Program-made: the position numbers and the translations under genes | Notes under the pieces: model-generated | What the model saw: only the letters and a program-made list of their open reading frames with translations | What the model was told of the DNA's origin: nothing | Databases searched by the model: none | Source: Candidatus Latescibacterota bacterium | GTDB lineage: Bacteria > Latescibacterota > UBA2968 > GCA-2709665 | Assembly: GCA_965205485.1 (NCBI GenBank) | Contig: OZ242180.1 | Coordinates: 2,528,001-2,592,000, forward strand | Direction of reading: 5' to 3' | Length of the DNA: 64,000 nucleotides | Shown: in pieces, positions 40,277-50,025 of the stretch | Layout of the letters: each line of letters begins with the position of its first letter | How positions within the stretch are numbered: position 1 is the stretch's first letter

Positions 40277-42261
40277 TTTTCCGGAGCACGGATTGGCGAA
40301 CGGGCGTCATTTTCGCAGTGCTTGCGGTGGCGCTTTCCTGTGTACCGGCGCATGCCGGCCGGCCCCGGGAGATCCGGTACATCGGGCCGCCGGTGAGCAC
40401 GTTGAACAGCTATCTGTATACGGGTGGGATGTACGCGCAGATTACGCTCGGCACGAAGGAGGGCCTGGTTCAACTCGGGCCGGAAGGTGGGCTCATTCCG
40501 GGGCAGGCCGAACGATGGGAAATCTCCGAAGACAGGCTGACGTATACGTTCTTTCTGCGGCGGGACAACCGCTGGTACGACGGCACGACGGTAACCGCGC
40601 GGGACTACAGCGCCGCCTTCATCTATCAGATGGAACCCGGGCGCGAAAGCAAGTGGCTCTGGGATACGCCGCTGCAGTACGTGGTCAAGGCGATGGATTT
40701 CAGAAACGGCGCGGCGCGGGAGGACGAGGTGGGTGTGGACGTGCTGGACGACTTCACGCTGCGCTTCCGTCTCGCGAGGCCGTATCCCGCTTTCATGAAC
40801 GCGATGGTGACGGGAAGCATGTTTCCGATCCACCGCGCCTCCCTGGAGAAGCATGGAGACGCGTGGCACAAGCTGCCCAACTACCAGGGGAACGGACCGT
40901 ACCGGATCGTGGAGTGGGAACTCAATTCCCATATTATCCTGGAGAAGAATCCGAAGTACAATCTGCCCCGGGGCAATCTGGAGCGGATACACAGCCGCTT
41001 CGCGGGCAGACCCCTGGAGGGTTACCAGAGCGGAGAGATCGACTTCGCGCTGCTGCCGACGATCGCCGATATCTACTACGCCAGACACCATCCCGAACTG
41101 AGCGATGAACTGGTCCTGACGCCCACCAGCGGACTCTCGTTCGTAAAGTTCCTTTTCTCGAAGCACCCGGTCTACTGGGACGCCCGCGTTCGTAGGGCGA
41201 TTGCCCTGGGTTTCGACAAGCGGCGGATTGTGGACGCGATCTTTCTCGGGCGGGAGACGCCGATGCATATGCTCTCCACGCCCGCGATGCCGGACTGGGA
41301 CCCCGGATTCGGGATGAGATTCGACCTCGAAGAAGCCCGGCGCCTGCTGTCCGAAGCGGGATATCCGGGTGGAAGGGGAATTCCAGAGTCCGTGATTCTG
41401 GTCCCGTCGTACCTGGCGCCCGAGATGGTGTCGCAGTTCGTGGTGATCGCCGACATGCTGGAAGAAAACCTGGGCATCCGGTTCAGGATCGACAATCAGG
41501 AACTGGGGGTGTACGCCGACAAGCGGGTTTCCCTGAATCCATCGGATTATGCGGGGTTCTGCTTTGCGGCCTCGGGAGCGCCGTGGCCGAATCCCATCTA
41601 CGGCACCCAGTGGATCGAGAACGTCCAGTGGACGGACGATCCCGGGGTCTACGCGGTCTGGTGGGAGGGGCAGCGGCGAATCCTGCAGATCCGGTCGGGC
41701 ATGATCAAGCTTGAAGGCGAGGAGAATCTCTCCAATTTCGAGCCGATCCGCCGGCGAATCCGGGCGTACGCGGATTCGGTGACGTCGCTCTTTGCGAACG
41801 GAAGGCACGGTCCCCACCTGCGCCGGCAGGCGAAGGAGGCGATGAGCGGCTGGCGGCAAACCGCGGACGAGATCATGCGGACGGCGGGCGGGCCGGATGC
41901 GGACCTGGAATGGTGCTGGAAGGCGCTCAATGTCACGCTTCTCCAGGCCCGCCAATACTATTTCCAGTGGTCGAACACCGGCGACCTTCGCTGGCGCCTG
42001 GAGGAAATGCGTCAGGAAGCGCATCACGCGCGGGACCCGTCCCGCCAGGCTGAGATCAACCGCGAAGTGCACCGCCTGGTGCAGGCGTTCAGCTGGGATT
42101 TCCCGCTCCACGTCGCGAATGCCACCGCTCTGGTCAAACCCTACGTGAAGGGATTGAAATTCTGCGCCTACTGGTGGGCCAACCCCATGTATCTGAAATG
42201 GATCGATATCGACGATAGCGGGGCGACAGCAGCGCGGCGTCCGGACGTTCACCAGCCTTAA
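40273..42261 (+). CDS. Peptide/nickel ABC transporter substrate-binding protein (family 5, OppA-like)
   Basis: Signal peptide, PGQAERWEISEDRLTYTFFLR...WYDGTTVTARD, GNGPY and VRRAIALG motifs; ATG overlaps the CRTAC1 stop. Confidence 0.88.
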   Translation: MIFRSTDWRTGVIFAVLAVALSCVPAHAGRPREIRYIGPPVSTLNSYLYTGGMYAQITLGTKEGLVQLGPEGGLIPGQAERWEISEDRLTYTFFLRRDNRWYDGTTVTARDYSAAFIYQMEPGRESKWLWDTPLQYVVKAMDFRNGAAREDEVGVDVLDDFTLRFRLARPYPAFMNAMVTGSMFPIHRASLEKHGDAWHKLPNYQGNGPYRIVEWELNSHIILEKNPKYNLPRGNLERIHSRFAGRPLEGYQSGEIDFALLPTIADIYYARHHPELSDELVLTPTSGLSFVKFLFSKHPVYWDARVRRAIALGFDKRRIVDAIFLGRETPMHMLSTPAMPDWDPGFGMRFDLEEARRLLSEAGYPGGRGIPESVILVPSYLAPEMVSQFVVIADMLEENLGIRFRIDNQELGVYADKRVSLNPSDYAGFCFAASGAPWPNPIYGTQWIENVQWTDDPGVYAVWWEGQRRILQIRSGMIKLEGEENLSNFEPIRRRIRAYADSVTSLFANGRHGPHLRRQAKEAMSGWRQTADEIMRTAGGPDADLEWCWKALNVTLLQARQYYFQWSNTGDLRWRLEEMRQEAHHARDPSRQAEINREVHRLVQAFSWDFPLHVANATALVKPYVKGLKFCAYWWANPMYLKWIDIDDSGATAARRPDVHQP

Positions 42262-42672
42262 CCTCAATCAGAAAAAAGGCAACGGCGAAATTTACCACAA
42301 AAAGCACAAAAGGCACAGAAGGACCCAAAGCCAATCAGTGTGATGATACGCCAACGGATGGAATCCGGGCGCTGTTTGTTACCCCCACTCAGTCAATCAC
42401 AGAATAAAACTTCTCCCACTTTGTGTTTTTGTGCCTTTTGTGGCTATTGCTCTTGGTGGATCAATGGCTAAAAGAAGCACAAGAGGCACAGAAGGACCCA
42501 AAGCCAATCAGTGTGATGAAACGCCAACCGTCTGGATGGAATCGGGGCGTTGTTCGTTACCGCCACTCAGTCGGTCACAGAATAAGACCTCTCCCATTTT
42601 GTGTTTTTGTGCCTTTTGTGGCTATTGCTCTTGGTGGTTCAATGGCTAAAAGAAGCACAAAAGGCGCAAAAG
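42258..42672. repeat. Tandem ~180-bp units with CACAAAAGGCAC / GTGCCTTTTGTG inverted motifs
   Basis: GGCACAGAAGGACCCAAAGCCAATCAGTGTGATGA occurs at ~42312 and ~42485; TTTTTGTGCCTTTTGTGGCTATTGCTCTTGGTGG occurs twice. Confidence 0.85.
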
Positions 42673-42729
42673 GTATCGGTTCGAAACGGCGTGTGTCGTA
42701 ACGCCGCGATCCCGATACGGAGAAACGAT

Positions 42730-43707
42730 ATGGTGATGTTCTTCTTTCGCCGGGTCGGTCAGATCTTCGTGAGCCTCATCGCGATTCTGATCATCACGTT
42801 CTACCTGATGCACGCCGCGCCGGGCGACTTCTTCAATATCGAACGGCTGATGAACCAGCAGATAACGGGCAGCCGGCTGAGCCAGTTCGAGGAGAAGAGC
42901 CAGACGCTCATGCTTTGGGAGGAGCGCTACGGCGAAAATACGCCCGTCTGGGAGCAGATCCTGATCTATCTGCGGCACGCGGCCGTTCTGGACTTCGGAC
43001 CCTCGTTCCGCTACCCGGATACGACCATCCAGGAAATGATGACGAAGGCCTTCCCGCGGACGTTCGTCCTGGCCTTCTCGCCGATGCTCCTTGCCCTCCT
43101 GATCGGCATACCCATGGGCATCGGGGCGGCGCTGTACCGGAACACGTGGATCGACCGTGTGACCATGTTCGTTTCCATGCTGGGCATCTGCATCCCGTCC
43201 TACGTCATCGCCCTGCTGGTGATCGTCTTCTTCGCCGTGTCGCTTCAGCTGTTTCCCACGTCCGGATGGGGGACCTGGGAGTACGCGGTGCTTCCGGTGA
43301 TGGCGATGGTCTTCCAGCCCGTTGCGGGCATCGCCAGGTACGTCCGGGTGAGCCTGATCAAGGAACTGGGCGAGGACTACGTGCGAACGGTCTTCTCGAA
43401 AGGGGGAAACCGGAACAAGGCCGTCTTCCGCCATGCGTTGCGGAATTCGCTGATCCCCCTGCTGACCATCACCGGACCGCAGTTCGCCAATCTGATGGTG
43501 AGCACGGCGTTTATCGAGGAAATCTTCAATATCCCCGGCCTGGGCAAGCTGTTCGTGGCCGCCGCCGGGACCCGCGATTATCCGATGATCATCACGTCCA
43601 CCCTGTTCTTCGGATTCCTGATCATGCTGATGAACCTGCTGGTGGATATCGGGTACGCGCTGATCGATCCGCGCATCCGGGCAAGCTACCGGCAGAACAG
43701 GGGATGA
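42730..43707 (+). CDS. ABC transporter permease (OppB/DppB family)
   Basis: APGD, DFGPSF, EDYVRTVFSKG...HALRNSLIP, IPGLG and RDYP motifs. Confidence 0.93.
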   Translation: MVMFFFRRVGQIFVSLIAILIITFYLMHAAPGDFFNIERLMNQQITGSRLSQFEEKSQTLMLWEERYGENTPVWEQILIYLRHAAVLDFGPSFRYPDTTIQEMMTKAFPRTFVLAFSPMLLALLIGIPMGIGAALYRNTWIDRVTMFVSMLGICIPSYVIALLVIVFFAVSLQLFPTSGWGTWEYAVLPVMAMVFQPVAGIARYVRVSLIKELGEDYVRTVFSKGGNRNKAVFRHALRNSLIPLLTITGPQFANLMVSTAFIEEIFNIPGLGKLFVAAAGTRDYPMIITSTLFFGFLIMLMNLLVDIGYALIDPRIRASYRQNRG

Positions 43708-43740
43708 CAATTTGACCTATCTTGTTAAAAAACAAACTTA

Positions 43741-44020
43741 CATGGATAGACAGGATAGACAGGATAAGAATCAACAAAACCGATCAGGATTAAAGGGATT
43801 GACAGGATTAAGCAGGATTAGAAGCCAAGAACAAGGTCAAAACCGACCAGGATTAGGCAGGATTAGAAACAGGAGCAGGGACAAAACCGATCAGGATTGA
43901 ACAGGATTAGAACACAGGAGCAGGGTCAAAACCGATAAGCAGGATCAGGACCAAAACCGATGCAGGATAGAAAGAATTGGAACCAAACCAATCACGATTA
44001 ACAGGATTAAAAGCCAGGAG
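43741..44020. repeat. Degenerate tandem repeat (~40-45 bp units rich in CAGGATT and CAAAACCGA)
   Basis: About 5-6 imperfect copies of CAAAACCGATCAGGATT..ACAGGATTAGAA..CAGGAGCAGGG; no unique spacers. Confidence 0.8.
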
Positions 44021-44097
44021 TGGCGACTACGCCTGGCACGAGCGTCGTGCGACCGACGGAAATCTGCCCTCTTTCACGAAGTGATCCAAAAATATCC

Positions 44098-44242
44098 GGA
44101 GCGAGGGCATCCTGCCCTCGAACTTCGAGTAACCGACGGATTTCCACATCAAGGGCCAATTGCTTCCCATCCGAAACCACATCTGGAATGACGGCGCAAA
44201 GTCCATTCCCATTCGCCGTCGAGGGCAGGATGCCCTCGCTCC
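44098..44242. repeat. Family B REP-like doublet copy
   Basis: Arms and interior homologous to 9223-9371 and 53054-53204. Confidence 0.88.
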
Positions 44243-44373
44243 GGTTACAGGTGTAACTTTAGTGATGCGGGACAGGATGGGCTCGGCGTTAACGCGAATT
44301 AATCGAAATACAACCGGCTATTCAACACAACCACCGGTCTTCGTGGATGATTTACCTTTGAAGGAGATAGCGC

Positions 44374-45273
44374 ATGTCTGCGTTGAATCCGTCCGACCGC
44401 CTGCTGTCGGATGCAGATGAGTCGTCGCCTCCGCCGCGGATTTCGTACTGGGGCGCCGTCTGGCGGCGATTCGCCTCGAACCGGCTGGCCGTTCTGAGCC
44501 TGGGGTTCGTGATCGCGATGGTTCTGGCAGCGGCCCTGGCGGACACCATCGCGCCGTACGGGTATAACCAGATCGACCTGGACAACGCGTACCAGCCGCC
44601 GTCCTGGAGTCACATCGCCGGGACCGACGAGGTGGGGCGTGACATCTTCAGCCGTCTGATCTTCAGCCTTCAGACGGCCCTGGCCGTCGCATTCGGCGCC
44701 ACCGTGATTTCGGTGGCGATCGGCGGGCTTATCGGCGCGGTCGCGGGCTACGCGGGCGGTGTCGTGGACAACGTGCTGATGCGGTTTACGGACGTGATGT
44801 ACGCGTTTCCGGGGTTCCTGTTCAGCATTATCCTGGTGTCTGTCCTGGGCCGCGGTATCGTGACGATCTTCATCGCCATCGCCGCCACAAGCTGGGTGGG
44901 GTTCGCCCGGCTGATGCGCGCCCAGGTCCTGTCCATCAAGAACCTCGAATACGTGGAGTCGGCGCGGGCGCTCGGGGCAACACACCGATACGCGATCCGG
45001 CGTTACGTGCTCCCAAACTCATTCGGCCCGCTGATCGTCGCGATCGCCTTCATGGTCCCCGGCCTGATGATGACGGAGTCGGCGCTGAGCCTGCTCGGTC
45101 TGGGGGTGATGCCTCCCCGGCCGAGTTGGGGCGTCCTGATCCAGGTGGGGAGCCTGAATTTCAGGGCCTTTCCCTATCAGCTCACGTGGCCGGCCGCCAC
45201 GTTCGCGCTCGCGCTGCTTTCATTTACGTATCTGGGCGACGGGCTGAACGACGCGTTCAATCCCAAAGAGTAA
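44374..45273 (+). CDS. ABC transporter permease (OppC/DppC family)
   Basis: PPSWSHIAGTDEVGRDIFSRL, EYVESARALGA and PSWG motifs. Confidence 0.93.
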   Translation: MSALNPSDRLLSDADESSPPPRISYWGAVWRRFASNRLAVLSLGFVIAMVLAAALADTIAPYGYNQIDLDNAYQPPSWSHIAGTDEVGRDIFSRLIFSLQTALAVAFGATVISVAIGGLIGAVAGYAGGVVDNVLMRFTDVMYAFPGFLFSIILVSVLGRGIVTIFIAIAATSWVGFARLMRAQVLSIKNLEYVESARALGATHRYAIRRYVLPNSFGPLIVAIAFMVPGLMMTESALSLLGLGVMPPRPSWGVLIQVGSLNFRAFPYQLTWPAATFALALLSFTYLGDGLNDAFNPKE

Positions 45274-45300
45274 GTCCTTCCCTCTGTGCGAGGCAGGTTC

Positions 45301-46257
45301 GTGTCCACTCTGCTTGAGATCCGTAATCTGAAGACGTACTTCTACCGCCGCGACGGCGTGGTGAGAGCGGTGGACGGGATTTCGTACGAGGTTGGGGAAA
45401 GGGAGAGCGTGGGGATCGTCGGGGAAAGCGGCAGCGGCAAGAGCGTGAGCATGTTGTCCGTTGTGAGACTGATTGGCGGAAGCGGAAAGATCGAAGCCGG
45501 CGAGGTGGTCTTCGGGGGACGAAATCTGCTCGAACTGGATGAAAGGGCGCTTCAGGAAATTCGCGGCAGCGACGTCGGGTTCATCTTTCAGAACCCCCAG
45601 ACTTCCCTGAACCCGACGATGCGCAGCGGCCCGCAGATCGCGGAACCCCTGTTGTGGCACGGTCGCGCCGACCGGAAGCGATCCTTCGAGCGCGCGGTGT
45701 CGCTGCTGGAAGAGGTGGGCATTCCCGCGCCGGCGTCGCGGTACCGGAACTACCCGTTCGAACTGTCGGGAGGGATGAAGCAGCGCGTGATGATCGCGAT
45801 GGCGTTGAGCTGCGAGCCGAAGCTGATGATCGCCGACGAACCCACCACGGCGCTGGACGTCACCACGCAGGCGCAGATCATGGATCTGTTGAACAGGATG
45901 AAGGCGTCGTACGGCATGTCCACCGTGCTGATTACGCACGATTTCGGCCTGGCCGTGGAGTTCAGCGACAGGATCGTCGTCATGTACGCGGGCAGGGTTG
46001 CCGAAATCGCGCCCGTCCGCGAATTTCTGAATTCCCCCAGGCACCCGTATTCCATCGGGCTGCTGGAAAACGCGAAGATGGTCCGGGGGCGTCTGGATAC
46101 CATCCCCGGGCAACCGCCTGACATGACCCGGCCGCCTTCCGGTTGCCGCTTCCATCCGCGCTGCCCCCGCGCGACGGACCGGTGCCGGGAAGAGCACCCC
46201 GGTATGACCCGGATGTCGGACGACCATTCCGTCTTCTGCTGGCACCACGAAGGGTGA
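45301..46257 (+). CDS. ABC transporter ATP-binding protein (OppD/DppD family)
   Basis: GESGSGKS, LSGGMKQR, IADEPTTALD and C-terminal GCRFHPRC motifs. Confidence 0.93.
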   Translation: MSTLLEIRNLKTYFYRRDGVVRAVDGISYEVGERESVGIVGESGSGKSVSMLSVVRLIGGSGKIEAGEVVFGGRNLLELDERALQEIRGSDVGFIFQNPQTSLNPTMRSGPQIAEPLLWHGRADRKRSFERAVSLLEEVGIPAPASRYRNYPFELSGGMKQRVMIAMALSCEPKLMIADEPTTALDVTTQAQIMDLLNRMKASYGMSTVLITHDFGLAVEFSDRIVVMYAGRVAEIAPVREFLNSPRHPYSIGLLENAKMVRGRLDTIPGQPPDMTRPPSGCRFHPRCPRATDRCREEHPGMTRMSDDHSVFCWHHEG

Positions 46258-46493
46258 GTTGGCATCTCGCGTAGTTAGCCTTGACCGCAATTATTCGGGG
46301 ACCTGAATGTCGGATATTTTCAGAAGAACAGAGGCGAATTGGCGTCAATGGTCCCGGATACTTGAGCTCACTGGACGTGAAGGGAGATTTCATCCATTTG
46401 AACGACCTCAATACCCCGTTTTCCCACCCTCAACTTCTGTGCCTATTGTGCTTTTTGTGGTAAATTAACGGTTGTCTTTTTTTCGAATCAAGG

Positions 46494-48821
46494 TTAAAAG
46501 TCCTTCAGCAGGCCCGCCCTGTCCGCGTAGTCGAAAAACCGAAGCAGATCGCGCCAGATGACGCTGATGGAGTCGCCCGTCGCGCGGACGACCTCGCAGC
46601 CGAATCTCGTCTTTTCCAAATGCCCGACGGACGGGAAGGTCGAAATCATATTCATCTCGATGTCCCGCAGACCGGCGTGCACGTACTTCTCGTCACCGGT
46701 GATTTCCCACCCGTAACCGATACTTTCCCGGAGGGCGGAAAAACCGATGTAGCTCATCGGCGTCTCGTTTCCGGGCATGGACAGATAGAGCCCCTCCGGC
46801 GTTCGAACGTCCTCGCTTGCCAGAAAGTCGCACAACCTCAGGAACGAGTCCCTGCTGACGGGGTTTCCGAAGGTCTGGTAGTGGTATGCCAGCCCGGTAG
46901 CGGCGATGCTGCCCATCACCGCCTGCTGGTAGGGGATGGGGCCCCAGCCGCCGCTGCAGCCGCCGTTGGGTTCCAGCGGGTCCGGTCCCTCTGTAAAAGA
47001 AGCCGCAATCGTCTCCGCGGCCTCCGCGTACCGCTCTTCCCCCGTTGCCCGGTACACGCTGCACAGCGCGATCAACGGCCACCCCCGGTCCCTCGCGCCG
47101 CGCCGCCCCCCGCCCCCCGCCACCTTCCTGCAGATCAGATCCGCCACGCCGCGCGCGGATTCCAGCGCCGGCGTATACCCGCAATAGTAGTAGTACGATA
47201 GAAATCCCTCCGCCCACATGTGCGAGAGGTGGCAGTTGGGCTTCCCGTCCGCCCCGACGTGGTAGGCGCCATGGGAGGTCCATCCGCCCTGCTCGTCGAA
47301 GTGATCGTCGAAGTGGATGATGTCCAGGTCCATCACGTGCCGGATCGCGGATTCGAAGGCGTCGAGATAGAGGTAATTGCCGGTGCGTACAAGCTGGAGG
47401 TACACGGTCTGGCCGAAGTCGTGCTCACAATTGGCCATGAAATCCAGGCGTCCCCACGATGCGCTCATCAGCTGCTCGTAGTCGCCGTAGTCCATCATGC
47501 CCAGGCGCCGGTCGTATCCCAGGAATTGCTCGAATTCCAGGCGGAACTTCTGTTCGATGCCCTTGTATTTCCCGGGCTGATAGCGGAACACGGGCCCGAC
47601 CGCGCCGGAGTCGATAAACCAGTCCGGAGAAGAGAAGACCACGGGAAACTGATACGCGAAGTGCCAGTCCGCCAGCCGCGCCTCGGGCGGCGTCCCCGTG
47701 TACGCCCGCAGCTTGACCTGATGCGACTTGGCCTGTCCCTGGAAGATCGCGAGCGGCCCCGCGGCTTCGGGCCAGAGATCCAGGACGATTCTGCCGGCGT
47801 CCGCGGAAAACCCCTTGGGCCACTGCTGGACGAACTTCCGGACCGAGGCCGCGACCCCGCCTTCGCCGTCTCCCGCGGAAACCCACCCGTGCGACCGGCC
47901 GATCTGCGATTCGCCGTCGTCCACGTCGGCGTCGATCATGGCGTCGTACATGGCCGTACGCGGGGCGTCGGTCAACAGCCCCCGAATCGGCCGGGCCGAC
48001 GTGATCAGGCCCTGGTTCCCGACCGTGGCGATGGGACAGGTTGCGAATTCGTCGGCGCCGCCGACGGCGTGTTCCACGACAAGCCGCACCGCCCGCAGCT
48101 GCCGCAGACGCGGACTTTCCAGGTCCACGCTCGGGGTACCGATCCCCTGGGCCAGTTTCCGCCGTTCCGGAACGTCCCGGTAGGGCTCATCGTGGATGAA
48201 CTGGTACTCCACCTCCAGGTCCTCGGCGCCCGCGAATACCGTCACCCGGAAAACGAGTGAAAACAGCTTTTGACCGGCCTCGTCACGGTGCGTGCCCTTC
48301 CTGCTCACGACCAGCATCTTGCCGGTGGATCTCTCAATGCGGGGTTCTCCCTCGAGCCGGCTCGAGTATACGACGCCGGACTCGTCTTCGATCTGTGCGC
48401 TGACCGTCCGGATACACGCCCGGTCTCTCCTGTTGCAGTCAACCAGAAACGCCTTTCCGGAAGCGGGAAGCACAAATCGCAAAACGCCGTTGTCGACCTC
48501 GATTCCCGCCTCTGTTTCCGAAACCGTTATCCCGGGTCCCGTATCGGGTTCCGGCGAGTCGTCCGTCCACGTCAGCCCATAGTGCTTCCGTCCATTGCGG
48601 TCAAAGTGTACCGGAAACTGAAGCAGCACCCACTTCTGGGACCCGTCGGGCCATCGTGCCAACACTTCCGAAGCGAAAGGCAGGTCCCTGCCGGTCTCGT
48701 CCTTCAGGGCCAGCCTCGCGGAATCCGTCAGAGATCCCTCCGGGAACGGGAGTCCCCTGCACAGCCACTCTCCACGGCGCGGCACCCGGATTTCGTTCGC
48801 CAGCGTGATATCTACGGCCAT
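46494..48821 (-). CDS. PcRGLX/YetA-like (exo-rhamnogalacturonan lyase-like) protein
   Basis: N-terminal GLPFPEG...LARWPDGSQKW barrel motif, GMMDYGD, and an (alpha/alpha)-toroid-like C-terminus (HMWAEG, RDRGWPL). Confidence 0.65.
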   Translation of the reverse strand: MAVDITLANEIRVPRRGEWLCRGLPFPEGSLTDSARLALKDETGRDLPFASEVLARWPDGSQKWVLLQFPVHFDRNGRKHYGLTWTDDSPEPDTGPGITVSETEAGIEVDNGVLRFVLPASGKAFLVDCNRRDRACIRTVSAQIEDESGVVYSSRLEGEPRIERSTGKMLVVSRKGTHRDEAGQKLFSLVFRVTVFAGAEDLEVEYQFIHDEPYRDVPERRKLAQGIGTPSVDLESPRLRQLRAVRLVVEHAVGGADEFATCPIATVGNQGLITSARPIRGLLTDAPRTAMYDAMIDADVDDGESQIGRSHGWVSAGDGEGGVAASVRKFVQQWPKGFSADAGRIVLDLWPEAAGPLAIFQGQAKSHQVKLRAYTGTPPEARLADWHFAYQFPVVFSSPDWFIDSGAVGPVFRYQPGKYKGIEQKFRLEFEQFLGYDRRLGMMDYGDYEQLMSASWGRLDFMANCEHDFGQTVYLQLVRTGNYLYLDAFESAIRHVMDLDIIHFDDHFDEQGGWTSHGAYHVGADGKPNCHLSHMWAEGFLSYYYYCGYTPALESARGVADLICRKVAGGGGRRGARDRGWPLIALCSVYRATGEERYAEAAETIAASFTEGPDPLEPNGGCSGGWGPIPYQQAVMGSIAATGLAYHYQTFGNPVSRDSFLRLCDFLASEDVRTPEGLYLSMPGNETPMSYIGFSALRESIGYGWEITGDEKYVHAGLRDIEMNMISTFPSVGHLEKTRFGCEVVRATGDSISVIWRDLLRFFDYADRAGLLKDF

Positions 48822-49065
48822 GAGACGATCCTTTCAGTATCGGTTCGCTGTGTGAACGCAGTTACGTCGTTCCCGGGGTGTCCTCGGCCCTGAATGTGCT
48901 TGCATCCGGTGTTACCCGGACCTACTTTTCGGCGTCGTGCCGGGGATGCCGGGAACAAGTCGAAACGCCTGAAGTTGCCGATCCAATATAAGTCGCGTTT
49001 ATTCGGGTTTCAAATCCTATTCCCGGTCTCCACACCGGAAGGACGATACATTCACGGGCGGTGCC

Positions 49066-50025
49066 ATGTCTGAACCGTTGTTGCGGGTTGTGGACCTGAA
49101 GATGCATTTCCACCAGGGCCGGGACGTGGTGAGGGCCGTGGACGGGGTGACGTTTCAGATCCACGGCAACCAGACCTTCGGCCTGGTCGGAGAGAGCGGC
49201 AGCGGCAAGTCGACCCTCGCCCGCGCGGTCCTGCGACTGTACGAGCCCACCGCGGGAAGGGTGTATTTCGAGGGGCGCGACGTGAGCGCGCTTTCCGGCC
49301 GGGAACTGCGCGCGCTTCGGAGGGAAATGCAGATTGTGTTTCAGGACCCACTGGCGTCGCTGAATCCGATGATGTGCGTGGGCGACATCGTTGGCGACGC
49401 CCTGAAGATCCACAGGGTGGGCACAAAGCGGGAACGGGAGGAATCGGTCGGACGGTTGCTGGACCTCGTCGGCGTGGGGCGGCGGTTCGCGGACGCGTTT
49501 CCACACGAGTTCTCCGGCGGTCAGCAGCAGCGCGTCGCCATCGCCCGCGCGCTGGCACTGCAACCCCGGTTCGTGATCTGCGACGAGCCCGTCTCCTCGC
49601 TGGATCTTTCCATCCAGGCGCAGATTCTGAACCTTCTGGAATCCCTGCAGGAACGCTTCGGTCTGGCGTACCTGTTCATTTCTCACGATCTGAAAGTCGT
49701 CGAGCATCTTTCGGACGTCGTGGGCGTCATGTACCTCGGGAAGCTCGTGGAGGTCGGGCCGACGGAAGCGCTGTACGGGCGTCCCCGCCATCCTTATACG
49801 CGGATTCTGCTGTCGTCGGCGCCGCGTCTGGACCCGGATGCACAGTCGGAGCGGATCATCCTGGAGGGGGAGGTGCCGAGCCCGATCGATCCCCCGACGG
49901 GCTGTGCTTTTCATCCGAGGTGCCCTTATCGTATGGACCGGTGCAGCCGGGAGACGCCGCAGCTGACGCAGGTCGGGCCGGGACATCAGGCCGCGTGCTT
50001 TCTCACGGAAGGAGGAGACGAATGA
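49066..50025 (+). CDS. ABC transporter ATP-binding protein (OppF/DppF family)
   Basis: GESGSGKST, FPHEFSGGQQQR, CDEPVSSLD and GCAFHPRC motifs. Confidence 0.93.
   Translation: MSEPLLRVVDLKMHFHQGRDVVRAVDGVTFQIHGNQTFGLVGESGSGKSTLARAVLRLYEPTAGRVYFEGRDVSALSGRELRALRREMQIVFQDPLASLNPMMCVGDIVGDALKIHRVGTKREREESVGRLLDLVGVGRRFADAFPHEFSGGQQQRVAIARALALQPRFVICDEPVSSLDLSIQAQILNLLESLQERFGLAYLFISHDLKVVEHLSDVVGVMYLGKLVEVGPTEALYGRPRHPYTRILLSSAPRLDPDAQSERIILEGEVPSPIDPPTGCAFHPRCPYRMDRCSRETPQLTQVGPGHQAACFLTEGGDE

Noticed and set aside
40117..42267. Long antisense ORFs (also 17991-19208, 31883-33046, 60692-62095)
   Set aside because: Mirror frames of well-supported genes in GC-rich DNA, with no recognisable motifs.
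43741..44020. Possible CRISPR array
   Set aside because: Units are degenerate and contiguous with no unique spacers, and there are no cas genes in the window.
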